32,000 nucleotides of DNA from Pseudidiomarina andamanensis (GCF_009734345.1 NZ_CP032551.1:990001-1022000), one strand, 5' to 3'; shown: positions 1-11,510, counted from the stretch's first letter. Made by a program: numbers and translations. The notes: generated from the letters alone by a model not told the origin.

Positions 1-843
1 GCACTACTTCTGGCAGGGCTCGCTTTCACGCTTTGGTTAGCCAAATCAGACTCTGAGCAGGCCTATAAAAATTATGATGTATTGTTTAAAGAGCCTGTTT
101 CAGGGCTAACCGTTGGGAGCCCTGTTCAATTTAATGGCATTAATGTTGGCGAAGTAACTCAACTGAGATTAGATAGCAATGACGCCCGTATGGTTCGAGC
201 TCGAATTCGCATTACGGCAGAAACGCCTATCACACAAGCAACCAAGGCATCGAGAACGCTTTTAAACATCACTGGTTCAAGTGGCATTGCGCTTGAACAA
301 AGCGTCGCTAAGAGCGAGCCGATCAACCATCAAAATGGGGTGCCAGAAATTGTGGCAGAGCCGTCTGAATTAACCCAGTTGCGGCTCAATACAGAAGAGC
401 TGTTCGTTAGTGTGAGTCAAATGATAAACAACGCAAATCGGTTGTTTTCCGAAGATAATATGCAAGCGATTGAATCTATTCTCACCAACGTCGACACCTT
501 TAGTGGTGAGCTTGCTGAACAGTCGCAGAATTTCGCATCAGTACTCGATAACCTTCAAAACAGTACCAAGCAACTGAACGATTCACTCGTGTCATTAGAG
601 AGTGAATTAACCGAGAGAAGCGCACCACTTTTTGAAAAAGCCGACGAAACCCTAGGAAATTTAGCCGATGCAAGCCAGCAACTCAGTGAATTAATGCAGC
701 AAAATCGCGGCAATATTGATGCCGGTATGTCAGGTATTGCGGAGGTAGGTCCAACCTTGCTTGAGCTACAGGTTACCCTGAAGCGTTTGAACGCCATAGC
801 TGCTCGCTTTGAAACGGAACAAATGAAGGAATATCAACCATGA
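1..843 (+). CDS. MCE/MlaD-family substrate-binding protein of an ABC-type lipid transport system (5' end outside window)
   Basis: Frame 1 is open from base 1: a TM-like ALLLAGLAFTLWLAK precedes the listed TTG at 82. MCE-domain-like segment GLTVGSPVQFNGINVGEVTQLRLD...ARIRI. Stop overlaps the next start (ATGA at 840-843). Confidence 0.8.
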   Translation, partial: ALLLAGLAFTLWLAKSDSEQAYKNYDVLFKEPVSGLTVGSPVQFNGINVGEVTQLRLDSNDARMVRARIRITAETPITQATKASRTLLNITGSSGIALEQSVAKSEPINHQNGVPEIVAEPSELTQLRLNTEELFVSVSQMINNANRLFSEDNMQAIESILTNVDTFSGELAEQSQNFASVLDNLQNSTKQLNDSLVSLESELTERSAPLFEKADETLGNLADASQQLSELMQQNRGNIDAGMSGIAEVGPTLLELQVTLKRLNAIAARFETEQMKEYQP

Positions 844-1436
844 TGCTGAAAAACCTTGCTCTCGCCGCTGGAATTGCGCTCTTTGCAACAGGGTGTAGCG
901 TGTTACCGGAAGCCAAGCCTATCGACTTTTATACGTTGCAACCAGCACGCGTGACTACAAGCGATTCCGTCCAGTTATCGAATATACGCATCGCCGAACC
1001 CGAGCTTACTGATGCTTTGCAGCTCGAGCGAATAGTTCGCATCACCGACCAAGGCAGTGTCTTGGCCTATCCAAACGCAAAATGGAGTACGTCTATTGCG
1101 ACGCTCTGGCAAAGCTGGCTACTTGATGCACTTTGGCGAGACAGTCGATTTGAACATATTAGTTCAGCTCAACAAGGGCTTGATAGTGATTGGCAACTTT
1201 CCGGGCGACTACAGTCACTACATATTGAAGAAACGAGTGCGGGTTCAATCGCGGTGGTGCGTTATGATGCACAGCTCATTGACGTGCAACAGCGAAAGAT
1301 AATCAAGAGTGAAAGTTTCACTGCACATGTTCCTGTGGCCGGTGAAAAAACAAGTCAAGCGATTGCAGCGATAAGTGCAGCAAGTTTAAAAATTGGCGAG
1401 AGTTTACTTGAATGGTTAGCGGCGTCAGAGCTATGA
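840..1436 (+). CDS. ABC-transport auxiliary lipoprotein (ABC_trans_aux/DUF330, YmbA/PqiC-like)
   Basis: Signal peptide with lipobox LFATG|C, about 200 aa. Translationally coupled to the preceding MCE gene, the usual position of this family. Confidence 0.7.
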   Translation: MMLKNLALAAGIALFATGCSVLPEAKPIDFYTLQPARVTTSDSVQLSNIRIAEPELTDALQLERIVRITDQGSVLAYPNAKWSTSIATLWQSWLLDALWRDSRFEHISSAQQGLDSDWQLSGRLQSLHIEETSAGSIAVVRYDAQLIDVQQRKIIKSESFTAHVPVAGEKTSQAIAAISAASLKIGESLLEWLAASEL

Positions 1437-1467
1437 CACCGCTAACCCATCTATGTACTTCAGCTTC

Positions 1468-1710
1468 TTAACCGAAGGTTCCGACAAACGCATGAATACC
1501 CTCTTGCTTTAATGCATCGAGCGCTTCATCTAATGCTTCTGCATCAGTCTCAAAATGATCTTCCCATACTGTCGAATTATTATCCGCATCAACAATTTCA
1601 AGAATCCAATTACTATCTTCGGTACGATAAATATCAATGCTCACAGTTAAGCCGTCAGCCGTGTAATGTTGGCATAACGGGCTTTGAATATATTCGACTG
1701 CGTCAGTCAT
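1468..1710 (-). CDS. Hypothetical small, very acidic protein (80 aa)
   Basis: ATG preceded by AGGA about 8 nt upstream. Fills the gap between convergent and divergent neighbours. I recognise no family. Confidence 0.5.
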   Translation of the reverse strand: MTDAVEYIQSPLCQHYTADGLTVSIDIYRTEDSNWILEIVDADNNSTVWEDHFETDAEALDEALDALKQEGIHAFVGTFG

Positions 1711-1863
1711 TAGGTGTCCTTTATCAGTTTATTCGTAGATTGAGCGCTCATTTTAGCACTATCGCGAAAAATTTTGATAACTATCATTGATTATTTTTTA
1801 ATCAGATCCATAGTTAACTTCGTGCTCTGCACACAGTTAAATTTAACTTAGAGGATCATGACA

Positions 1864-2412
1864 ATGAATGATTCTAACCTAAGTCGATTAGCCCCGTGGA
1901 ACTGGTTTAAACACGAAAATGATAGACCACAACAGGGGGTGAGTCGCTCTACTTCACCTTCTTCTTTTTCGCGTTTTCACGATGAAATTGATCGGTTACT
2001 CAACGACACCTTTAAAACCTTCACCGTTCCGAGCTTATTTGACGAACACAAAATGGACTTTTGGAAAAATACAGACCTTATTTTTCGACCTAAAGTTGAT
2101 ATCAGTGAATCAGCCGAGAGCTATATGATTAGTGTGGAATTACCTGGTGTTGAACAAAAGGATTTAAAAGTTTCAGTTCAGAACGACCACTTAGTTATAC
2201 ATGGTGAAAAGCGATCAAAAGAAACTCGAGAAGCCGAAAGTTATCACACAATTGAGCGTCGATACGGTCACTTCCAACGTGTTTTAAACCTACCCGAAGA
2301 TGCGAAATCCAATTCTATTTCGGCAGAATTTAAAAATGGGGTGTTAAAGATTACAATCGGTCGTGATAAATCGAAAACGACATCTCACCAACGCAATATC
2401 CCTATTTCTTAA
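1864..2412 (+). CDS. Small heat-shock protein, Hsp20/alpha-crystallin family (IbpA-like)
   Basis: Alpha-crystallin domain: ISVELPGVEQKDLKVSVQNDHLVIHGEKR...ERRYGHFQRVLNLPEDA...AEFKNGVLKITI. GAGGA at 1851-1855 is 8 nt from ATG 1864 but only 2 nt from the in-frame ATG 1858, so I prefer 1864. Confidence 0.9.
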   Translation: MNDSNLSRLAPWNWFKHENDRPQQGVSRSTSPSSFSRFHDEIDRLLNDTFKTFTVPSLFDEHKMDFWKNTDLIFRPKVDISESAESYMISVELPGVEQKDLKVSVQNDHLVIHGEKRSKETREAESYHTIERRYGHFQRVLNLPEDAKSNSISAEFKNGVLKITIGRDKSKTTSHQRNIPIS

Positions 2413-2413
2413 T

Positions 2414-2445
2414 AAAAAAGGGCATCCAATATAGATGCCCTTTTC
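2414..2445. terminator. Bidirectional rho-independent terminator between hsp20 and icd
   Basis: Stem GGGCATC (2420-2426) / GATGCCC (2434-2440) with a 7-nt loop. A-run on the left and T-run on the right, so a U-tract follows on either strand. Confidence 0.75.
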
Positions 2446-2465
2446 TTATTTACTCGGTAATAAAA

Positions 2466-4703
<2,238 letters not shown>

Positions 4704-4775
4704 TCATTAGTTCAGGACAGAAAAAAGTGGCCCGAATTATAGCAGGATATGCCGGTAATCACTAGCGCTTAGCAA

Positions 4776-5981
4776 TTAGTCAATGGCGACATTACTCAGT
4801 AATTCATCAACTAAGAAGTGACATTGCTGATAGATATCGAATAGATCGCCGTGCGCTTCAAGCTCATTTTTCATGGCTAAATCGTATTCAAAATCGAGTA
4901 TTTTCGTTAAATACTTCCCGAGTTCTCCGGTCTGCTGCAGCACTGCTTCGCGCACATTTTCAGAAATGTGTAGGTCTTCTAAAAATGTATCTTTATCTAT
5001 GCCAAGTAAGACATCAGATCCCGATAATAGGCCGACCAAAAAAGCTGGCCCTGAGAGTCGATTAAACGGATCTTTTTTACGAGCAAGTTCACTGCACATG
5101 TAAGCTCGAGTTAAAACTAATTTGGTTTTTGTTGGCGCTTGACCTTTTACCGAGACGATTAATAAAACCCATTTACGCAGTGGCTCTAATCCCAGCAACA
5201 TAACAACTTCTTTGAGAGATTCAATTTTGCGAGTTAATCCGTAATATGGACTATTAGCAATGCGCAGCAAATTGACAACTAATACCGGGTCAGTTTGCAA
5301 CGCAGCAACAATTTCATACAGTTCGGGCTCATCACTGAATAATTGATTAATCACTAAAGTTAATTGCGTCGCAGCCGCAGATGGAACACGCTTGCCTTCA
5401 ACGTGTGTCGGTCGCGCTAGAAAATAGCCCTGAAACAAATCAAAGCCGAGTGCTTTATATTGTTCGTATGTTGCTTCATCTTCGATGCGCTCAGCGAGCC
5501 ATAACGCATCCAGATCATTAAGTTCTTCGAATCGTTGTTTCGCAACTTCAAACGGCGTGCGTTCAATATCCACTTTGATAATGGATGCGTACTCCAGCAG
5601 CGGCGTCCAACTTTCTTGAAATTCAAAATCATCTAACGCAAAACGAAAGCCCTTATCCACCCAACGTTTAATTGCATCGATTATCTCTGCGGTAGGCTCA
5701 ATTCGTTCAACTAACTCAACAATGACGTGATCAGGAGCTAAAGGAAGAAACAACCCAGAAAGGAGAAACTCAGTGGAGACATTCACACATATCGGCAGTT
5801 TTACGTGTTCAACGTAATCGAGCAGCCCAGTGCAGAGGTTATATAAAACTTCGCTTGTTGCGACGCTATCTCCAACTTCAAATGCACTGATCCCATTTTC
5901 ATGGCGATACAATAATTCATGTGCATAAATCTCATTGTTACGGTCATAGATAGGCTGCGAAGCAAATAGAATCTCGGACAT
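4776..5981 (-). CDS. EAL-domain plus HDOD-domain signalling protein (COG3434/YuxH-like)
   Basis: N-terminal EAL-type domain (QPIY...HELLYR, NVS, ALDDFEF, IIKVDIE, FQGYFLARP). C-terminal HDOD-like region (LLRIANSPYYGL...). No sensor or TM domain. Confidence 0.85.
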   Translation of the reverse strand: MSEILFASQPIYDRNNEIYAHELLYRHENGISAFEVGDSVATSEVLYNLCTGLLDYVEHVKLPICVNVSTEFLLSGLFLPLAPDHVIVELVERIEPTAEIIDAIKRWVDKGFRFALDDFEFQESWTPLLEYASIIKVDIERTPFEVAKQRFEELNDLDALWLAERIEDEATYEQYKALGFDLFQGYFLARPTHVEGKRVPSAAATQLTLVINQLFSDEPELYEIVAALQTDPVLVVNLLRIANSPYYGLTRKIESLKEVVMLLGLEPLRKWVLLIVSVKGQAPTKTKLVLTRAYMCSELARKKDPFNRLSGPAFLVGLLSGSDVLLGIDKDTFLEDLHISENVREAVLQQTGELGKYLTKILDFEYDLAMKNELEAHGDLFDIYQQCHFLVDELLSNVAID

Positions 5982-6024
5982 TCTCGTACTCGATAGATTA
6001 CAAATTATTTACCATCCTATATAT

Positions 6025-6062
6025 CAAAAAAAGGAGGACAGAGCTAGCTCCGTCCTCCTTTC
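6025..6062 (-). terminator. Rho-independent terminator after the TonB-dependent receptor gene
   Basis: Stem AGGAGGAC (6032-6039) / GTCCTCCT (6052-6059) around the palindromic GAGCTAGCTC. On the minus strand it is followed by a run of 7 T (plus-strand A-run 6025-6031). Confidence 0.7.
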
Positions 6063-6081
6063 AATAAGGTTTTTTACGATG

Positions 6082-8676
6082 TTAGAACTTGAAGTTCACC
6101 TTGGCATATAAGAACGCACCACGTGGATTATGAACACTTGATGCATAACCATATAAGTCGCCATCACCATCACCAATTGCAAATGGCGGCTCTTCGTCTA
6201 GCACGTTGTTAGCACCAAAAGTTAATCGCGTGGTTTGGCTAAAGTCGTAACGCATTTGCAAATCAAGTAGCATCATGGCGTCGACCGTACGTGCTTTGCT
6301 TGCTTCAACATCTTGCGGCGATTGATAGTCTTCAAACTCACCAATGTAAGTGACGATTGCGGTTGCACCCCAAGCATCGCGACTCCAGTCGACACTACCA
6401 ATCCAGCGGTGTTCTGGATAGTTGTACTCACCTGCATAATCAATGCCATTTTTCTCAAACTTGGTCATGTAGGTCCAATCTAATGCAAACTTAAGATCAC
6501 CCATGTCGCTTAATGACATCAAGTAGTTTGTGGAGAGGTCTAGACCGCTTGCTTCTTGAGAACTGATATTGATGTAGCTGTTGTATAAGGTTGATAGAGA
6601 ACCAAGTTCTTGACCTGGTAACGGGTCTAAACGGACACAAATCGTGCTGTTTTGGTCATCACATTCAGCCTCGTAAACCAACTCGAAATCGTTCCGATCA
6701 ATTTTATTGTCTTGAGTAATCGACCAATAGTCAGCACTGATATCCCATGCCTCATTGATCTGCCAAACACCACCAATATTCCAACTTTCAGACTCTTCAG
6801 CTTCGAGGTCTGGGTTACCGCTAAATACAATGGTGTAATCGGTTGCGGCACAAGCAGGATTGCTTGGATCTGGGGTTGGACAGCGATACGTATCAGTAAA
6901 GAACTGTGATACTTGCGATGGGCCTAGGCCAATTTGTGCCAACGAGGGGGCACGGAAACCGGTACCGGCTGAAGCCCGTAAAGTAAAGTCATCGCTAACA
7001 AACCATTGAATTTTACCTTGCGGATTAGTACTTGAACCAAAGTCACTGTAATCATCGTGGCGAACGGCTAAGCTAACCTCTACAGCGTCGCCAACCGGCA
7101 CTAAAAACTCGGCATACGCTGCCCATTGATCACGTTCTGCTTGAGCAGATACCGACTCAGTACCAAAAATCAAGCCGCGCTGGAATTGATCATCTGGCGT
7201 ATCAACAACATCTTCTTCGCGATATTCAAAACCAGCAGCCATAGACACAAAGTTATCACCGAGTTTGAATAATTCACCAGTAATGCTTCCATCTAGGGCA
7301 GTCAGGTGAGATTCACCACGTCGCACAAGGCTGGTTGTAATAGCATCAATCACTTCTGGATCATTCGTCACACCGCCAAATGGATTGTATCGACCAGCGT
7401 TGATTTCTTCTTGCAGGAAGTCAGTGCGCACCCAACCTTGGTCTTTGCTTCCTGTTTGCAATCCACGACTACGTGCTTTGGTTGCTGAAACATCCCAATC
7501 CCAAGCGCCGAGCATGCCGCGTAATCCCGCTACGAAACGCAATGTGTCGGATTCAATATCCCAAACACGGTTGCCAGCATCCACTGTTCTATAGCGATTA
7601 ATATCGACGTATTCGCCAAATGGGTTGTTTGGATGATCTGCTGGTACATATAAACCAGCGTCACCGTCAAGTGGTGTTGCCGCACCGCCAGCTTTTGACG
7701 TGTTGTGCTGTACAGCAAACTCAATGTAAGCATCAACATCCGCACTCACTTCAAAGTTTGACAAAACCATTGCACCGACTCGCTCAGCCTCTGGCCAGGT
7801 CATGGTTGATGGACCGTAGTCATACACACACGTTTGACCAAACGTGTTTTCTGCAGGACAACCCGGATCAATCACAACTTCGCCATTGAGGATAAAGTTA
7901 CCTGGATATCCGCGAGATGAACGGAAGTCATTACCGCCGTATGGTGCTTGGTTTGCCGTGCCGAAGCGCCCCATTTCACTGCCCATAATTGACGTATTGC
8001 GATAATAATCAAAAATAACTGTCGTATTATTTCGCCCTGAGCTGGTGCCCCAAACTGTGCTCATTGAGGTTTCATCATAACTTGGGCCTGTTGTACCACC
8101 ATGGCTTAGGCTTAACTCCATTCCATCGAAATCTTTACGCAAGATAACGTTAACCACACCAGCCACCGCATCTGAACCATATAACGCTGACGCACCATCT
8201 TTTAAGATATCAATGCGCTCAATAGCAGATACTGGAATGGTATTAATATCAACAAAGGAATTAGCGACGCCCTCAGCGAAGGCTGATACGTTCACTCGAC
8301 GACCGTTGACTAACACTAATGTTGCATCGGCACCGAAACCACGCAAACTAACCGCTGCGCCACCGTTTGCCGTTGAGTCTTGGCTATTTCCGCGCGTTGA
8401 GAACGTTCCTGCACCGGCAGCCGGTGAACGTTCTAGAATTTGTTGAAGATTTGAGAAACCAGACGCTTCAATGTCGTCGCGAGAAATAATATCAATCGGT
8501 GAAGCCGTTTCCATGTCAGTACGGTTGATGCGTGAACCCGTAACAATAATCCGTTCTTGCGCCTCTTCAGCATTCTGATTGTCTGATTGATCTTGTGCCG
8601 TAGCAACGCTAGGCAGTAGTGATGCAACAGCAAGAGCACTCAGCGATAAGTTAAATGACTTGTTCGAAATTGTCAT
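6082..8676 (-). CDS. TonB-dependent outer-membrane receptor
   Basis: Signal peptide ...SVATA|QDQ. Plug region with TonB-box-like ERIIVTGSR. Long beta-barrel ending in the aromatic terminus ...AKVNFKF. ATG at 8676 has AGGGAA 7 nt upstream, preferred over the TTG at 8712. Confidence 0.9.
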   Translation of the reverse strand: MTISNKSFNLSLSALAVASLLPSVATAQDQSDNQNAEEAQERIIVTGSRINRTDMETASPIDIISRDDIEASGFSNLQQILERSPAAGAGTFSTRGNSQDSTANGGAAVSLRGFGADATLVLVNGRRVNVSAFAEGVANSFVDINTIPVSAIERIDILKDGASALYGSDAVAGVVNVILRKDFDGMELSLSHGGTTGPSYDETSMSTVWGTSSGRNNTTVIFDYYRNTSIMGSEMGRFGTANQAPYGGNDFRSSRGYPGNFILNGEVVIDPGCPAENTFGQTCVYDYGPSTMTWPEAERVGAMVLSNFEVSADVDAYIEFAVQHNTSKAGGAATPLDGDAGLYVPADHPNNPFGEYVDINRYRTVDAGNRVWDIESDTLRFVAGLRGMLGAWDWDVSATKARSRGLQTGSKDQGWVRTDFLQEEINAGRYNPFGGVTNDPEVIDAITTSLVRRGESHLTALDGSITGELFKLGDNFVSMAAGFEYREEDVVDTPDDQFQRGLIFGTESVSAQAERDQWAAYAEFLVPVGDAVEVSLAVRHDDYSDFGSSTNPQGKIQWFVSDDFTLRASAGTGFRAPSLAQIGLGPSQVSQFFTDTYRCPTPDPSNPACAATDYTIVFSGNPDLEAEESESWNIGGVWQINEAWDISADYWSITQDNKIDRNDFELVYEAECDDQNSTICVRLDPLPGQELGSLSTLYNSYINISSQEASGLDLSTNYLMSLSDMGDLKFALDWTYMTKFEKNGIDYAGEYNYPEHRWIGSVDWSRDAWGATAIVTYIGEFEDYQSPQDVEASKARTVDAMMLLDLQMRYDFSQTTRLTFGANNVLDEEPPFAIGDGDGDLYGYASSVHNPRGAFLYAKVNFKF

Positions 8677-8803
8677 AATATTGTTCCCTGGTTGTTTTAT
8701 TAATGTGACCAATTGGCCATCTTTATTTATGATTCATTATTGATAAAAATCAACTTTTCAAGTGTAAACATTATCTTATAGACAGTATTCAGCCATTTAA
8801 TAA

Positions 8804-8842
8804 ACAAAAAAAAGGGGTAAAGCCGAAGCTTTACCCCTTTTT
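8804..8842. terminator. Rho-independent terminator after dcp (bidirectional architecture)
   Basis: 10-bp stem GGGGTAAAGC (8814-8823) / GCTTTACCCC (8828-8837) with tetraloop CGAA. Long A-run on the left and T-run on the right. Confidence 0.8.
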
Positions 8843-8857
8843 AACTTTGTATTTATG

Positions 8858-11050
8858 TTAATCGATTTTCGGTGCCGTTAAGCCGCGACGCTCAAGAAGC
8901 GCTTCACCGGTTGGCTCTTGCCCACGGAAATCAATGTATTGCTGCATTGGGTCTTTGCTGTTTCCTTGAGAAAGAATGGTCTCACGGAACTTCTGACCAT
9001 TTTCCAACGTCAAGCCACCCTGCTCTTGCATATATTTGAATGCATCGGCAGCTAAAATTTCAGACCACATATAAGCGTAGTAACCAGCTGAATAGCCACC
9101 AGCGAATACGTGAGCGAAGAAAGTTGACTTGTAGCGCGGTGGCACCGCATCAACTGCAACCCCATTTCGCTCTAACGCTGCGGCTTCAAAAGCTGCTACA
9201 TCTTCAATGCTCGCAGCGGCTTCTGGCGTTAACGTGTGGTATTCGAAGTCCAACAGAGCTGACGCAATATATTCAAGCGTGTCATAGCCCATGTTAAAGT
9301 TCTTCGCTGCCATCACCTTGTCGAGCAACTCTTTTGGCATTGGCTCGCCAGTTTCATAATGTTTCGCAAAGTTATTCAACACTTTCTCGTTCAACATCCA
9401 GTCTTCTTGGAAAGTTGACGGGAATTCTACGTAGTCACGCGATACAGATGTACCAGCCAATGATGGATACATTACATCAGAGAACATACCGTGAAGACCG
9501 TGACCCATTTCATGGAACATAGTACTAACTTCATCAAAGCTCAGGAAGGTTGGGCCTTCGGCTGCTTTTTTGATGTTTTGGTTGTTCAAGATAACTGGCT
9601 TCTTATCAAGCAAATTCGATTGGCTCACAAATGAACTCATCCACGCGCCACCGCGCTTACCATCACGCGTGAACCAGTCGCCGTAAAACAAACCGAGCGT
9701 TTCACCATCGATATCTTTCACTTCGTATACACGAATATTGTCGCCGTAAGTCGGAATATCGTCACGCTGATCAAACGTAATACCGAAAAGCTGGTTCATT
9801 GCAAAGAATACACCGTCTTCAACAACGCGGTTGAATTCAAAGTACTTCTTCACTTCTTCAGCGTCTAGCGCATATTTTTCAGCGCGTACTTTTTCCGCAT
9901 AGTATGCCCAATCCCAAGGCTGTACTTCGAAGTCGCCGCCTTCTGCGTCAATCATCGCTTGGATTTCGGCTTTTTCCGCTTCAACGTTACTAACAACAGC
10001 TGGTACGAGGTCACGAAGCATTTTTTGTGCAGCTTCTGGTGTACCGGCCATGCTAGTTTCAAGTACGTACTTACCCCAGTTATCGTAACCTAAAAGCTGA
10101 GCTTTCTCGGCACGCAATTCGGCAAGACGCTTCACGAGTGGGCGGTTATCAGTCTCTGTATTACCAGTACCACGGTATGCTGAAGCTTCCCATACGCGTT
10201 GACGCAATTCACGATTCTCTAGCGATGAAAGAATTGGCTGACGTGTCGTGTTGGTAATAGAAATAACATACTTGCCTTCATGACCCGCCGCTGCAGCAGC
10301 GTCAGCAAGTTGCTTAATTTCTGCATCACTCAAACCAGCAAGCTGTGCTTTATCTTCAACAATAACCATGTTCTCTTTTGCAAGATTCATCAGGTTACGT
10401 TGAAACTCAGTGGTTAATGATGAAATTTCGCTATTAATTTCACGAATTTGTGCTTTCGCTTCGTCGTTTAATTCAGCGCCAGCACGGACAAAACCTTTGT
10501 ACGTATCTTCAACTAAACGTAGTGCTTCACCTTCAAGACTATCGCGATTCTCGTAAACAGCCTTCACGCGCGCAAACAATTCAGGATTCAGCATAATGTT
10601 GTCACGGTGCGCAGCCATTTTTGGTGCTAATTCACCTTGCAGTGCGCGCGTATCGTCATTGCCGTTAGAGCCAGCTACGTTATAAAACACTGAAGAGACT
10701 CGGCCTAGCAATGCGCCTGATTTTTCCATTGCAACAATGGTATTTTCAAACGTTGGCGCTTCAGAGTTTGTCGCGATGGCTTCAATTTCTTCAGCATGCT
10801 CCGCCATACCGGCTTCAAAAGCTGGCTTGTAATGTTCAAATTTGATTTTTGAAAAGTCAGGAGCATTGTATGGTAGCGTGCTCTCTGCATAGAATGGGTT
10901 ACTTTGATTGAATTCAGCAGTCTGTGCTTGTTGAGTCTGCGACTGTTCAGTTTGTGCCGTATCAGTTACTTGCTGAGTTGCATCTTTATCTGAACATGCG
11001 GCAACCGTTAATGCCGCGCCAATAGCAACAGCGATTAGGCTCTTGCGCAT
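8858..11050 (-). CDS. dcp: Peptidyl-dipeptidase Dcp (M3 metallopeptidase) with lipoprotein signal
   Basis: STLPYNAPDFSKIKFEHYKPAFEAGM matches the E. coli Dcp N-terminus. HEMGH zinc motif present. N-terminal MRKSLIAVAIGAALTVAA|C lipobox, followed by a Q/T-rich linker. Confidence 0.9.
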   Translation of the reverse strand: MRKSLIAVAIGAALTVAACSDKDATQQVTDTAQTEQSQTQQAQTAEFNQSNPFYAESTLPYNAPDFSKIKFEHYKPAFEAGMAEHAEEIEAIATNSEAPTFENTIVAMEKSGALLGRVSSVFYNVAGSNGNDDTRALQGELAPKMAAHRDNIMLNPELFARVKAVYENRDSLEGEALRLVEDTYKGFVRAGAELNDEAKAQIREINSEISSLTTEFQRNLMNLAKENMVIVEDKAQLAGLSDAEIKQLADAAAAAGHEGKYVISITNTTRQPILSSLENRELRQRVWEASAYRGTGNTETDNRPLVKRLAELRAEKAQLLGYDNWGKYVLETSMAGTPEAAQKMLRDLVPAVVSNVEAEKAEIQAMIDAEGGDFEVQPWDWAYYAEKVRAEKYALDAEEVKKYFEFNRVVEDGVFFAMNQLFGITFDQRDDIPTYGDNIRVYEVKDIDGETLGLFYGDWFTRDGKRGGAWMSSFVSQSNLLDKKPVILNNQNIKKAAEGPTFLSFDEVSTMFHEMGHGLHGMFSDVMYPSLAGTSVSRDYVEFPSTFQEDWMLNEKVLNNFAKHYETGEPMPKELLDKVMAAKNFNMGYDTLEYIASALLDFEYHTLTPEAAASIEDVAAFEAAALERNGVAVDAVPPRYKSTFFAHVFAGGYSAGYYAYMWSEILAADAFKYMQEQGGLTLENGQKFRETILSQGNSKDPMQQYIDFRGQEPTGEALLERRGLTAPKID

Positions 11051-11162
11051 AATGATTCTCCCTTGTGATTGTATTTAACCGTACTAATGTACCCCTCCTA
11101 GCAATAACGCTCAAGAGCCGTTCATGGCACAATTGTAACAATTTGCCCCAATCTGCTGGCTT

Positions 11163-11510
11163 CTAGGCTACTTCTTGCACAGGAATAAGCTGACTTAGGC
11201 CATATTTTGCCCGTGCTTTATCACAGTAAGGGTTAGAGCCGTTTACCGACATCTCAAATTCACGACATGGGCTAGGACGATTAGCGTAGATAGAGCAACT
11301 CACGTGTTGTCCAACTTCACCTTCGAGCGCCACGCAACGAGGATGTTTTTGGTTCGTGCCTTGCATGCACAATAGATGGGGATGAAAAGATTCAGTCAGT
11401 TCGCTTGGAACATAACCTTCCGGAGCGCCAGTAGCTTCGCCCCAATAAAACGACACACGATACGACGCGCAGCAAGCCCCACACGTCAAGCAGGCGTTAG
11501 CCAAACTCAT
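11163..11510 (-). CDS. YkgJ-family cysteine-cluster protein (CxxCxxCC, putative Zn/Fe-chelating domain)
   Basis: CLTCGACCASYRVSFYW motif plus further conserved Cys. ATG at 11510 has GGAG 9 nt upstream. The listed start at 11534 is a TTG. Confidence 0.75.
   Translation of the reverse strand: MSLANACLTCGACCASYRVSFYWGEATGAPEGYVPSELTESFHPHLLCMQGTNQKHPRCVALEGEVGQHVSCSIYANRPSPCREFEMSVNGSNPYCDKARAKYGLSQLIPVQEVA

Noticed and set aside
8677-8712. N-terminal extensions suggested by the ORF track: TonB receptor TTG 8712, cysZ 23492, rnk 26901, fumarase GTG 30323, ykgJ-like TTG 11534, rhodanese TTG 13643
   Set aside because: In each case an internal ATG has a proper Shine-Dalgarno and aligns with the known N-terminus or signal peptide of the family. 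The extensions use rare start codons and add non-homologous residues.
8724-8752. AT-rich element TTTATGATTCATTATTGATAAAAATCA upstream of the TonB-dependent receptor, reminiscent of a Fur box and overlapping a possible TTTACA-17-TATCAA promoter
   Set aside because: It contains the palindromic ATGA-N-TCAT core, but the spacing and flanks match the 19-bp GATAATGATAATCATTATC consensus poorly. I cannot score it without a matrix, so it is not reported as a feature.
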